Notes: generated from the sequence alone by a model not told the origin. Positions 9,074-18,575 are shown, counted from the stretch's first letter. The stretch is DNA of 62,731 nucleotides from Deltaproteobacteria bacterium (GCA_041309225.1 JBFYZZ010000078.1:1-62731), one strand, 5' to 3'. Made by a program: numbers and translations.

Positions 9074-10546
9074 GTGCGTCGCGTGCTGGAACGGCTGGCG
9101 GCCCTCCTGATCGGGCTCCTGGTGGTGTGGATCCTGGTCGAGGCGGGCACCCGCCTCGCCACCCGCGTCGTCTACCCCCGCTCGGATCCCACCCGCGCCG
9201 TGGCGGGCCTGCCCGAGGGCGCCCCCCGGGTGCTCACCATGGGAGACTCGTTCACCGCGGGCCGCGTGGACGCCTCGTGGCCCCGGGCCTTCGCGGAGAT
9301 CGAGCGCGCGCGCCGCGGCCGTCCGGTGGCGGTGGTGAACGGTGGCATGGGCGGGCTCAACTCGCGGATGGTCCTGGAGGCCCTCCCCGCGTTCCTCCGC
9401 ACGGCTCGGCCCCACCTCGTCTTGATCTGCGCGGGGAGCGTCAACCTCACCAACTGGTACGGCTTCAACGCATGGGCCGGGCGGGATTCCCCCGCCTCCC
9501 GGCTGGACGACGCCCTCGCGGCCCACCTGGCCTCCTGGCGCCTCGTCCGCCACCTGGCGGTGGCCTGGGCCCGCACCCCCACCGTGCACCCCGCCGAGGC
9601 CGTGGACGGGTACGCCACCTGGCAGGCCACGTTCCGGCGGAACGACCGTCCCGTCCCGGAGGTGACCTCCGACGATCCGGACTTCCGGGCCGCCCGGGTC
9701 CTCCTCGACGCCGGCCGGGCCGTCGAAGCGTACCCGGCCTTCCTCGCGGCGGCCCGGGCCCGGCCGGACGTGGCGGTGCTCTGGTGGGGCACCGCCATGG
9801 CGGCCGCCTACACGGGCGATCAGCCCGGCGCGGTGCAGGCCTACGAGGCCTGCCTCGCCGCCTCCCCCGGCGACGCGGCCTGCACGTTCGGGCTGGGCAT
9901 GGTGCTCTCGGACACCCCGGGCGGGATCGACCGGGCGGAGGTCGTCCTCACGGAAGGGGTGGCTCGGTGGCCGGACGATCCGCTCCTGCGCTGGGCGCTC
10001 GGCCGCCTCCACGGGCTCAGGGCCAGGCAGGACCAGGCGTTCGAGCAGCTGCAGGCCTGCATCCGGCTCGATCCGGATCGGTACTACTGCTACGAGACCC
10101 TGGTGGGCATGGTCCGGGGCCCCCGCTACCAGGGCGAGGTGCGCCGATTCCTCGAGGAGGTGGCCCCCCGCAGCGCCATGGCCCGGGACACGCTCGCCGC
10201 CCTCCTGATCCCGGGGCCGGGCAACCGCGCCCGGGACGTGGCCCTCCTCGCCTGGGCGCGCGACGACGTGGCGGCCATGGTGACGCTCTGCCTCGAGCGC
10301 GGCGCCCGCGTGCTCCTCCACTCGTACCCGGAGGAGAACCCCGTGAACGACGTGCTCCGCGAGGTGGCCGCCACCCGCGGGGTGCCCTTCGTGGACCACG
10401 TGCCGGCGTTCCGCGCCGCGCTCACCACGACCCTGCGCAGCGATCTCTTCGTGCCCGACGGCCACCCGAACGACGAGGGCTACCGCCGCATGGCCGAGGC
10501 CATCGCGGACGCGGTGGACACCGGGGGCCTGCTCCCGGCGCCTTGA
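9074..10546 (+). CDS. SGNH/GDSL-family hydrolase interrupted by a TPR-like helical insert, N-terminal membrane anchor
   Basis: C-terminal part of ORF 8447..10546. TM/signal anchor LAALLIGLLVVWILV. Block I is LTMGDSFTAG, block II VVNGGMGGLN, block III ICAGSVNL. About 250 aa of TPR-like sequence follows (AYPAFLAAARARPD..., QAYEACLAASPGD..., QLQACIRLDPDRYY). Block V is DGHPNDEGY. Start GTG 9074 or 9083 is uncertain. Confidence 0.7.
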   Translation: MRRVLERLAALLIGLLVVWILVEAGTRLATRVVYPRSDPTRAVAGLPEGAPRVLTMGDSFTAGRVDASWPRAFAEIERARRGRPVAVVNGGMGGLNSRMVLEALPAFLRTARPHLVLICAGSVNLTNWYGFNAWAGRDSPASRLDDALAAHLASWRLVRHLAVAWARTPTVHPAEAVDGYATWQATFRRNDRPVPEVTSDDPDFRAARVLLDAGRAVEAYPAFLAAARARPDVAVLWWGTAMAAAYTGDQPGAVQAYEACLAASPGDAACTFGLGMVLSDTPGGIDRAEVVLTEGVARWPDDPLLRWALGRLHGLRARQDQAFEQLQACIRLDPDRYYCYETLVGMVRGPRYQGEVRRFLEEVAPRSAMARDTLAALLIPGPGNRARDVALLAWARDDVAAMVTLCLERGARVLLHSYPEENPVNDVLREVAATRGVPFVDHVPAFRAALTTTLRSDLFVPDGHPNDEGYRRMAEAIADAVDTGGLLPAP

Positions 10547-10558
10547 GGGGACCCGGCC

Positions 10559-11542
10559 TCAGGGCACCAGCACAGCCGCGCCCTCGAAACGGCCGTGCCG
10601 CAGGTCCTCGAGCGCCTCGGGACCCCGCTCGAGCGGGTAGCGGTGCACGGTCGTACGGAGCGGGAGGCGCGCGGCCAGCGCGAGGAACGCGATCCCGTCC
10701 TCCCGGGTCAGGTTCGCGACCGACCGGAGCACCCGTTCCTCCCAGAGGATCCGGTAGGGGAACGACGGGATGTCGCTCATGTGGATGCCCGCGGCCACCA
10801 CCACGCCCCCGGGCGCGACGTGGCCGAGCGCCCGGGGCACGAGCGCGCCCACGGGGGCGAAGAGGAGCGCGGCGTCGAGCGGCTCGGGGGGATCCTCGTC
10901 GCTGCCCCCCGCCCATGCGGCCCCGAGGGCGCGCGCGAAATCCTGCCCGCGCCGATCGCCGGGCTTCGTGAAGGCGTACACCCGCTGCCCCTCGTGGACG
11001 GCCACCTGGCACAGGAGGTGGGCGGCCGCGCCGAACCCGTAGAGCCCGATCCGCACCGCGGGGCCGGCCATGCGCCAGGCGCGGTAGCCGATGAGCCCGG
11101 CGCAGAGGAGCGGAGCGGCCTCCGCCGGATCGCGGCCGCCCGGCAGCGGCAGGCAGAAGCGGGCGTCGGCCGTGCAGAGGTCGGCAAACCCGCCGTCTCG
11201 CGTGCAGCCCGTGAACTCTGGCGATCGGCACAGGTTCTCCCGCCCGGACAGGCAGGCCGGGCAGGCCCCGCACGTGCGGCCCAGCCAGGGCACGCCCACG
11301 CGGTCGCCGGCGGCGAGACCGGTGACACCCGCGCCCCACGACACCACCTCGCCCACCACCTCGTGCCCTGGGATCACCGGGTAGCGGGTCTGGGGGAGAT
11401 CGCCGTCCGTCACGTGGAGGTCCGTCCTGCACACGCCACAGGCCAGCACCCGGAGGAGCACCTCGCCGGGACCGGGGGTGGGGACCGGCCGTTCCGCGTA
11501 GACCAGCGGTTTGCCTGGAGCCACGGCCAGGAGCGCGCGCAC
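10559..11542 (-). CDS. Zinc-dependent alcohol dehydrogenase family oxidoreductase
   Basis: ORF 10559..11542(-). Motifs ACGVCRTDLH and GHEVVGEVV; structural-zinc Cys cluster C..C..C...C (GRTCGACPACLSGRENLC). Confidence 0.85.
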   Translation of the reverse strand: MRALLAVAPGKPLVYAERPVPTPGPGEVLLRVLACGVCRTDLHVTDGDLPQTRYPVIPGHEVVGEVVSWGAGVTGLAAGDRVGVPWLGRTCGACPACLSGRENLCRSPEFTGCTRDGGFADLCTADARFCLPLPGGRDPAEAAPLLCAGLIGYRAWRMAGPAVRIGLYGFGAAAHLLCQVAVHEGQRVYAFTKPGDRRGQDFARALGAAWAGGSDEDPPEPLDAALLFAPVGALVPRALGHVAPGGVVVAAGIHMSDIPSFPYRILWEERVLRSVANLTREDGIAFLALAARLPLRTTVHRYPLERGPEALEDLRHGRFEGAAVLVP

Positions 11543-11549
11543 GGAGCCC

Positions 11550-12422
11550 TCAGGCGGGACGACGGCCGATGCGGCCCGCCCGCCAGTCCGCGAAGGCCTC
11601 CTCGATCTCGGCCTGGGTGTTCATGGCGAATGGGCCGGCACGGACGATGGGATCGCCGATCGGACGCCCGGCAGCGAGCAGGAAGCGGAACGGCGCGCCC
11701 AGGTCGGCGACGGCCTCGACGCTGGTGCCACCCCCCAGCACAGCGAGCGTGGAGGGACCGATCCGGGTCCGGGGTTCGGGACCCAACCCGCCCCGGCCCT
11801 CCAGGGTGTAGAGCAACACGGTGTGGTCGGGCGGGACGGGGATCCGAACCGTCCGGCCCGCCTCCACCCGAACCAGGACGAGGAGCGGCTCCGCCGCCAC
11901 CCCGGAGACCGGGCTTCGGATCCGGGCGAGCGTTCCCGCGTACAGGCGCGCGCTGCCCGCTCCCTCGTCGAGCACGATGGTGGGCACGCTCGTCGCGTCG
12001 ATGTCCTGGTACCTCGGGAGGCACCGCTTCAACGCGCGCGGGAGGCTCACCCACAGCTGGAGCCCCCACAGGCGCCCCTCGGCGTCCCCGCGCGGCATCT
12101 CCTGATGGAGGATGCCGTCCCCGGCGGTCATCCACTGGAGGTCGCCCGGGCCGATCACGCCAGCGTTGCCGAGGCTGTCCCCGTGGGCCACCGTGCCCTC
12201 GAGGAGGACGGTGACCGTCTCGATGCCCCGGTGCGGGTGCCAGGGGAAGCCGGCGAGGTAGTCTTCGGGCCGATCCGAGTGGAACTCGTCGAGCAGGAGG
12301 AAGGGATCGGCATCGGGGAGCGCGCGGGATCCCAAAGACCGGCCGAGCAGCACGCCGGCGCCGTCCACGGTGGACCGGGCCTCCACGAGGCGGGCGACGG
12401 GGCGGGATCCGGTGGGGGTCAT
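11550..12422 (-). CDS. Pirin family protein
   Basis: C-terminal 291 codons of ORF 11550..12941(-), ATG at 12422. Cupin metal motif FPWHPHRGIETVTVLLEG. Length is typical for pirin. Confidence 0.85.
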   Translation of the reverse strand: MTPTGSRPVARLVEARSTVDGAGVLLGRSLGSRALPDADPFLLLDEFHSDRPEDYLAGFPWHPHRGIETVTVLLEGTVAHGDSLGNAGVIGPGDLQWMTAGDGILHQEMPRGDAEGRLWGLQLWVSLPRALKRCLPRYQDIDATSVPTIVLDEGAGSARLYAGTLARIRSPVSGVAAEPLLVLVRVEAGRTVRIPVPPDHTVLLYTLEGRGGLGPEPRTRIGPSTLAVLGGGTSVEAVADLGAPFRFLLAAGRPIGDPIVRAGPFAMNTQAEIEEAFADWRAGRIGRRPA

Positions 12423-12427
12423 GGCGG

Positions 12428-12790
12428 TCACGGGTGGCAGGTGGTGCAGGACAGGGGATCCGGGAAGGAGGATCCCGTACAGGCGTGATGCGTTGCGGGT
12501 TCGTGGCAGAGGCCGCAGGGGGTCGCACCGCCGTGCCCGGCCGGCGCGCCATCGGTGCCGTGGCACTCGACGCACTCCCACGGATCGAGGCCCTTCCGGT
12601 GGTCGTCGGCCGGGTGGCACTGGAAGCAGCAGGGATTCCCGAAGCCCGGGTGCACGTCGGTGTCGGCGTCGGTGTCGGCGTCGGTGTCGGCGTCGGTGTC
12701 GGTGTCGCCGCTCGCACTGTCGGGGGCGGTGTGGAGCCCGCAGCTGGCGAGGGCGAGGGCGAGCGCGAGGGCGGACGGACGGATGCGCAC
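12428..12790 (-). CDS. Small tetraheme c-type cytochrome lipoprotein
   Basis: Last 121 codons of the artefactual ORF 12428..13765(-), GTG start at 12790. VRIRPSALALALALASCG is a lipobox signal, followed by an acidic [17 protein letters not shown] linker. Four CXXCH motifs follow (CFQCH, CVECH, CGLCH, CTTCH) within about 70 residues. Confidence 0.7.
   Translation of the reverse strand: MRIRPSALALALALASCGLHTAPDSASGDTDTDADTDADTDADTDVHPGFGNPCCFQCHPADDHRKGLDPWECVECHGTDGAPAGHGGATPCGLCHEPATHHACTGSSFPDPLSCTTCHP
12656..12706 (-). repeat. In-frame 12-nt tandem repeat encoding a (DTDA)n linker
   Basis: Plus strand reads gtcggtgtcggc repeated. On the minus strand it translates to [17 protein letters not shown] directly after the lipobox of the cytochrome. 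Confidence 0.85.
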
Positions 12791-12968
12791 GGAAGGCTCC
12801 GGGGAAGGATGGGATGTGGATAACACCCCTGCCCCGCGCGGCTCGCGGGGCCCACCCGTGCCGGTGCGGTCGGCCGATCCCCGTGGCGTCGTGGCCCGTC
12901 CGGTGGTACGTTCGCCGGGTCGAATGTCGCGGCAGCCGCATGATTCATAACGTTCAAGGCATGCTTCC

Positions 12969-15062
12969 ATGAAGCGATCCTGGTGGTCCGTCCTGGTGCC
13001 CGTGAGCCTGCTCGCCGGGCTCGCCGAGTCCCTGGCGGCCCTGGCCTGGGGGCACGTGCACTGGCGGAACGAGGCTCCGGCGGGCACCGCCCTGCGAGAG
13101 CTGGGCCTGGCGGTGCTCCCGGGCAGCCTGCTGTGCGCCATGCCGGTCCTCCTGCCGGGCCTGATCCTGTGGGGACTCGCGGCGATTCCGGCGGCCCGCT
13201 CCCCCGCCACCGGCCCCTCGCGCTGGGGTACCGCGATGCGGCGTCTGGCCACCATTCCCACCCTGCTGGGCGTGTGGATCGCGCTCCTGGTGCTGTCCTC
13301 GGAGAGCCCCGGTGCCCGGTACGTGGGGGCGGCCGCCGCCGCGCTGGGCATCGCGGGCGTCCTCGTGGGTTGGCCCCTCGAGCGGGCCCGCGCCGGGTTC
13401 GACCGCGCCTGGCCCGCCCTGGTCGCTCCGGGCCTCGCCCTGGCCTCCTGGTACGCCGGGGGCGCGGGCTCCTGGCCACACACCTCCGGCGCCCAGGAGC
13501 GCTGGGTGCTCCTGGCCACGGGCGGGCCGCTGCTCGCGGTGGGGTTCGGCTGGGCGGTGAGCACGTGGCGCCCGGCCGTGGGGCTGCTCGTGGGGCTGGC
13601 CGGTCTCCTGGGCTGGGGAGCCTGGGTACGGCCCGCGCCCACCGGGGCTCCGGCCGGAGACCGCCCCGACGTGGTCCTCGTCGTCATCGACACGCTCCGG
13701 GCCGACCGGGTGGCCGGACCGGATGCCCGGATGCCGAACCTCGCCGCCCTGGCCGAGGCCGGCACCTCCTTCGCCCACGCCTACACCGTCATCCCCAAGA
13801 CCCAGCAGTCGGTCTCCACGATCATGACGGGCCTCTACCCGTGGAACCACCACGTCCGCACGCTCCACCAGGAGCTGGGCGAGCCGTACACCACGCTGGC
13901 GGAGCGGTTCGCACGCGCGGGCTACCACACCGCCGCCTTCGTCCACAACCCCTGGCTGTCGTACGGGATGGGCCACGAGCAGGGCTTCGCCGAGTACCAT
14001 GACTTCGACGCGATCTCGAGCCTGTCCTGGCGGTTCTGGCGCACCTGCCCCGTGCGGATCCTCGATCGCGTCCTGGGCCGGCGGCGCACGGGCAGCGTCT
14101 TCCAGGTGGACGGCCGGGTCATGACCGACGCCGTCGAGGACTGGCTCGGGCACCCGCCCGCCGACCCCTGGTTCCTCTGGGTCCACTACTTCGATCCCCA
14201 CTGGCCCTACCTCCCGCCCGCCGAGGCCGTGGGCGCCCGACCCGAGGACTACGAGGCCGCCCGTATCGTCAACGACCAGACGGGCCGCGCCATCCGCCGG
14301 GGCGATCTCATCTTCCACGCGCTGGAGAGTGGGGTCTCGCCGGCGCAGGTGGAGGCGGCACGCCGGCTCTACGACGGCGAGGTCCGCTACGTGGACCTCC
14401 AGCTCCAGCGTCTCCTGGACCGGATCCCCGGCGACGGATCCGCGCTCGTCGTGGTCACCGCCGATCATGGCGAGAGCCTCGGCGAGCACGGCTACTTCTT
14501 CCACCACGGGGAGTACACCTACGACGATTCCCTGAGGATCCCCCTGGTGGCCTGGCGACCCGGCCACGTCCCGGCGGGGCGCGTGGTGGACGCGCCGGTC
14601 TCGACCGTGGACCTCTCCCCCACGCTGCTGGCCATGGCGGGCGTCGAGCCCGGCCCCTCGGACGGCCTCCCCCTGCCGGGGCTCGCGGGCCCCGAAGACC
14701 CCCGGGCCGGCCGGGTCCTGCCCTTCGAGAGCGACGTCCGGATGTTCTCCCAGAACCAGCGGATCCACCTGCGCGGCGTGGCCGGCAAGTGGCGCGGCGT
14801 CGTGCAGGACGCCCGGAAGCTCATCGTGATCCCCACGAAGGGGGATCCCGAGCTCGAGCTCTACGACCTGGCCGCCGACCCCCTCGAGCTCGCCGACCTC
14901 CACGAGGGCGCCGCCGACCAGATCCCGCCCCTCCTCGAGTCGCTCGGGGCCACCGGCCTCACGCCGGGCGGCCCGGCCGAGGCGAAGACCGGCCGAAAGC
15001 ACAAGCGGAAGCCAACCTCCGACGAGACCGAGCGGCTCCGGGCCCTGGGGTACGTCGACTAG
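12969..15062 (+). CDS. Membrane-anchored sulfatase-like hydrolase/transferase (alkaline-phosphatase superfamily)
   Basis: ORF 12969..15062. About 230-aa multi-TM N-terminus. Motifs VVLVVIDTLRADR, VVTADHGESLGEHGYFFHHG and C-terminal LRALGYVD. The canonical C/S-x-P-x-R formylglycine motif is not seen (QSVSTIMTG instead). Confidence 0.8.
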   Translation: MKRSWWSVLVPVSLLAGLAESLAALAWGHVHWRNEAPAGTALRELGLAVLPGSLLCAMPVLLPGLILWGLAAIPAARSPATGPSRWGTAMRRLATIPTLLGVWIALLVLSSESPGARYVGAAAAALGIAGVLVGWPLERARAGFDRAWPALVAPGLALASWYAGGAGSWPHTSGAQERWVLLATGGPLLAVGFGWAVSTWRPAVGLLVGLAGLLGWGAWVRPAPTGAPAGDRPDVVLVVIDTLRADRVAGPDARMPNLAALAEAGTSFAHAYTVIPKTQQSVSTIMTGLYPWNHHVRTLHQELGEPYTTLAERFARAGYHTAAFVHNPWLSYGMGHEQGFAEYHDFDAISSLSWRFWRTCPVRILDRVLGRRRTGSVFQVDGRVMTDAVEDWLGHPPADPWFLWVHYFDPHWPYLPPAEAVGARPEDYEAARIVNDQTGRAIRRGDLIFHALESGVSPAQVEAARRLYDGEVRYVDLQLQRLLDRIPGDGSALVVVTADHGESLGEHGYFFHHGEYTYDDSLRIPLVAWRPGHVPAGRVVDAPVSTVDLSPTLLAMAGVEPGPSDGLPLPGLAGPEDPRAGRVLPFESDVRMFSQNQRIHLRGVAGKWRGVVQDARKLIVIPTKGDPELELYDLAADPLELADLHEGAADQIPPLLESLGATGLTPGGPAEAKTGRKHKRKPTSDETERLRALGYVD

Positions 15063-15063
15063 C

Positions 15064-17103
15064 TCATCGGCGGCACCCGCTCCGGTCCAGGATCGCGGCG
15101 TAGTCTTCGATCAGGTGTGTGGAGAAGGCCTCGGCCAGCCGCACCCGCTCCCGCGCCGCGGACGCGAATCCGGGCTGGTCCGCCACGAGGTCCAGGCTCT
15201 CGTCCGGATCCGCCGTCACGTCGAAAACAAACTCCTGTCGGTCGTTCTCGATGACGTACTTGAGGTCGCCGTCCATGAGACCGAGCCGGAACCGGGGCGG
15301 CCGCCCGCCGAAGAGCGCCACGCGCCGGGGCACGGGCCCGGTCAGGTCCCGCCCCTTCATGGTGCAGGGCACGGGCACGCCCACCAGCGAGAGGATGGTG
15401 GGGGCGAGGTCCATGTGGGAGGTGGTGAGGCCGCTCCGGCCCTGGACGTCCTCGAGCTGGGGTCCGAGGAACGCGAGCGGGACGCGGATGACCTCGTCGT
15501 AGGGATTCCGGGCTCGGGACGGGGAGCGGCCCTCGCCGTGGTCCGCGGTGACCACCACGAGCGTGTCGTCGAGCCGTTCGAGGTCGCGGAGCCCCTCCAC
15601 CAGCTCCCGCACCCGGTCGTCCACGGTACGGAGGGCCCGGGCCTGGCGCTCGCGCACCGTGTGGAGCGGAACCTCCTTGTGCTCGGGGGCCACCGTCCAG
15701 GGGTGGTGCGCGGCGAACAGGAGGGCGACCGCGAGGAACGGACGATTCCCCTGTCGCTCGGCGTGGTCCAGGATGGCCTGGACCAGGACCCGGTCGTCGA
15801 GGCCCCACCTGCCCTTCCAGGCCGTGTTGCGGCCCGGCAGCGAGCGCATGTCCTGCACGAGGTCGAAGCGCCGGTACCGGAGGAAGCGCATCTGGCGGTC
15901 GAAGTTCAGATCCTGGCTCGTGAACCAGGCGGTGGACCAGCCCGCGTCGTGGAGCGCCTCGGGCAGGCTCGTGCAGGGGATGGCCGGGTTGACCATCGTG
16001 ATGGAGCGGTACGACGGGTAGGGCCACTCCGAGCAGAGGATGGAGAAGACGGCCTGGGTGGTCAGGGTCCACGTGCTGAAGTGCGCGTCGAACACCACCT
16101 CCCCGGGACGCGTCCCGAGGGAGGCCAGCCAGGGCATGGGCGCCTCCGGCCAGTCCAGGGCGGGCCGGCCCACCGACTCGGCCAGCACGAGGATCACGTT
16201 CGTGCGGCGGGGCGTGGCGCCGGCGAGCGGGGTGGACGCCACCTCGGCCGGCGCGACGATGGAGGAGAGGTCGAACCGGAAGGGATCGCCGGTCCAGGTG
16301 GGGCCGGGTTCGAGGCGGCGGACCCAGGGGGTGGCAGCGGAGGCGGTGAGCTCGATGAGCGGGCTCTTCTCCATGCCGTTGAGGTACAGGCGCGGCCCGA
16401 GCTCCCCGCGCATCATCCGGGGCAGGAGGGCGAGCGCGGTCAGGCCCAGGAGGAAGAGGAGCAGGACCACCGAGCGGCGCACCCAGCGGTGCAGGCGGGC
16501 CCACCCACGGGGCAGGAGCACGAAGGCCACCACCGCCACGACGGGCATCCCGGCCAGCGGGGCCAGGTTCCCCGGCGTGAAGCTCGCGGTGGCCGACTCC
16601 CACAGGGCGGGCCCCCAGTCCGAGACGGGGCCCGGCTGGTCCACCACCGTGGCCAGGACGGCGTTGCGCGTGAGGTACCCGCCGGCCTCGAGGAGGAGGC
16701 CCGTGCTGAACGCGGCGAAGAGCGCGTGGAGCACCTGCACGGCGAGGGACGCTCCACGGGCCGTTCGGGTCAGGCCCGCGGCCAGGAGGGGCGCTACGAG
16801 GAGGGTCGCGACCGCGGCCACGAGGGCCGCCCCCACGATGTCGTTCCCGAAGTAGAGGGGCGCCTCGGACACCTCCTCCCAGGCCGACTTGAAGCCGGCC
16901 CCGAGGAGGTCGCGCACCACCAGGCCGCCCTTCAGGATCACGAGCACCGTGAGGGCGGCGAGGACGTGGGCGGTGAACGCGGCCCGAAGGGCGGAGATTC
17001 GGGAGGGGCGATCAGGCAGAGGGACCGTCGGGGGTTGGTTTTTCCAGGTTCCCTCACGTACCCGCGCCTCCGCCCGCAGGCAAGACGGCGCGGCGCATGT
17101 CAC
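15064..17103 (-). CDS. Membrane-anchored sulfatase/LTA-synthase-like transferase
   Basis: ORF 15064..17253(-). Multi-TM N-terminal half, then NVILVLAESVG and VVVTADHGEG. Start moved to GTG 17103 because ATG 17253 would overlap the divergent gene starting at 17145. Start is uncertain. Confidence 0.7.
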   Translation of the reverse strand: MTCAAPSCLRAEARVREGTWKNQPPTVPLPDRPSRISALRAAFTAHVLAALTVLVILKGGLVVRDLLGAGFKSAWEEVSEAPLYFGNDIVGAALVAAVATLLVAPLLAAGLTRTARGASLAVQVLHALFAAFSTGLLLEAGGYLTRNAVLATVVDQPGPVSDWGPALWESATASFTPGNLAPLAGMPVVAVVAFVLLPRGWARLHRWVRRSVVLLLFLLGLTALALLPRMMRGELGPRLYLNGMEKSPLIELTASAATPWVRRLEPGPTWTGDPFRFDLSSIVAPAEVASTPLAGATPRRTNVILVLAESVGRPALDWPEAPMPWLASLGTRPGEVVFDAHFSTWTLTTQAVFSILCSEWPYPSYRSITMVNPAIPCTSLPEALHDAGWSTAWFTSQDLNFDRQMRFLRYRRFDLVQDMRSLPGRNTAWKGRWGLDDRVLVQAILDHAERQGNRPFLAVALLFAAHHPWTVAPEHKEVPLHTVRERQARALRTVDDRVRELVEGLRDLERLDDTLVVVTADHGEGRSPSRARNPYDEVIRVPLAFLGPQLEDVQGRSGLTTSHMDLAPTILSLVGVPVPCTMKGRDLTGPVPRRVALFGGRPPRFRLGLMDGDLKYVIENDRQEFVFDVTADPDESLDLVADQPGFASAARERVRLAEAFSTHLIEDYAAILDRSGCRR

Positions 17104-17144
17104 CCTGCGCCCGTGCCGGGGTAGGATCTTCCACGAGGTGATCC

Positions 17145-18485
17145 ATGCGGACGCCCCTGCGCTCCGCTGCGGTGTACCTGGCGGTGCTCGCCGCGGGTTG
17201 CACGCCGGTCGGCTGGCTCGGCTGGCCCGACACCCCGGGCGAGGACACGGCACCGCCCGGAGACACGCGCGCCGGCGGGGACACCGGCCCCGTGGAAACC
17301 CCCTGGGGGACCGGGGCCGACGGCGACCTCGACGTGACCGGCGCGGTGGTCCCGGCCGAGCAGGGCTCCAACGGCCGCGCCGCGCCCGACGCGCCCTCCT
17401 GGCGGGTCCTCGCGATCGGCGGGGCCCGGCTCACGCTCCATGGGGAGGCCTTCGGGCTCGCTCCGAACGACGAGGTCCTCCTCGTCGCGCTCCAGGGATC
17501 GCCCGCGGGCTGGGACGCGGCCGGCGCCTTCGACCTCGTCGCGGTCGCGGGCGTGGAGGGGCGCCTGGTCACCCTCGCCGAGGCCCCGCAGGCCGTTCTC
17601 TCCGGCCTGGATCCCGAGGCGTACGTCCTCGTGGCGCAGCGCGTGCCCCAGTACGGCACCGTCCGGGTGCGGAGCGGGGGCGTCCTCGCCGCGGCCCCCT
17701 GGACGGGATCGGGCGGGGGCGTCCTGGCATTCCGCGCGGCGGAGGGGCTCGAGGTGGACGCAGACGGCGCCGTCCTCCTCGACGGCCGGGGCTTCCGGGG
17801 GGGCGACACCGGGCCCGCCTACAACTGCGACGCGTTCCAGGGCGAGAGCCTGGCCGGCCCGGGTGGGGGAGGAGCCTGCGAGGGGTCCTACAACGAGCCC
17901 GCCGGCGACTGGGTCGCCAACCTGGGCGGCGGCGGCGCCCTCGTGACCGGCGGCGGCGGCGCCTTTGGGGAGGGTGCCACGGCGGGCGACTCCTGGAACG
18001 GGAGCGCACCGGCCTCCGAGTCCGGCATCCCCTATGGGGAGGCCTCGCTGGTCCGGATCCACCTGGGCTCCGGCGGCGGGGGCGTCTGGAACGGCAACGG
18101 CGAACCTGGCCCGGGCGGGGCCGGAGGCGGCCTCCTCTGGGTGGCCGCCGCTCGGGTCCGCGTCGGCGGGCGCGAGGGGATCTCGGCCCGGGGCGAGGCC
18201 GCCCGACACTGGGCCCGCGGCACCTGGAGCTACGGGGCCGGTGGAGGGGCCGGGGGGACCGTGCGGATCGCCGCCTCCGAGGTCGTGCTGGCCGAGGGTT
18301 CCGTGCTGGCCACGGGCGGCCGGGGCGAGTCCGCCCACGAGCGCCACGGCGGTGACGGAGGCATGGGCCGGATCCGTGTGGACTGCGCCACCTGCAACGG
18401 TGTAGCCCAGGGCACGCCGGAGGCGAACGCGGCCCTGGCCGCCGCCTGCGATCCCGACCCGGGCCACTCGGAGCCTCCCCCCTGA
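17145..18485 (+). CDS. Glycine-rich (beta-helix-like) hypothetical lipoprotein
   Basis: ORF 17145..18485. MRTPLRSAAVYLAVLAAGC is a lipobox. Repeated GGGG-containing segments (LGGGGALVTGGGGAFG, GSGGGGVWNG, GAGGGAGGTVRI). No catalytic motif recognised. Confidence 0.6.
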   Translation: MRTPLRSAAVYLAVLAAGCTPVGWLGWPDTPGEDTAPPGDTRAGGDTGPVETPWGTGADGDLDVTGAVVPAEQGSNGRAAPDAPSWRVLAIGGARLTLHGEAFGLAPNDEVLLVALQGSPAGWDAAGAFDLVAVAGVEGRLVTLAEAPQAVLSGLDPEAYVLVAQRVPQYGTVRVRSGGVLAAAPWTGSGGGVLAFRAAEGLEVDADGAVLLDGRGFRGGDTGPAYNCDAFQGESLAGPGGGGACEGSYNEPAGDWVANLGGGGALVTGGGGAFGEGATAGDSWNGSAPASESGIPYGEASLVRIHLGSGGGGVWNGNGEPGPGGAGGGLLWVAAARVRVGGREGISARGEAARHWARGTWSYGAGGGAGGTVRIAASEVVLAEGSVLATGGRGESAHERHGGDGGMGRIRVDCATCNGVAQGTPEANAALAAACDPDPGHSEPPP

Positions 18486-18575
18486 CCCGTTCGGGTTAGG
18501 TTCCTGGTTCCCCGAGCCGGGCGCCACCACCCTCGGGCAGCCTCGCGATCGGGCCGGTCCTCCACGGAGTCTTCC

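Noticed and set aside
17104-17253. N-terminal 50-codon extension of the 15064 sulfatase-like gene (ATG 17253)
   Set aside because: It would overlap the divergent lipoprotein gene starting at 17145 by more than 100 nt and is Arg/Pro-rich. GTG 17103 gives a sensible N-terminus before the first TM helix, though the exact start remains uncertain.
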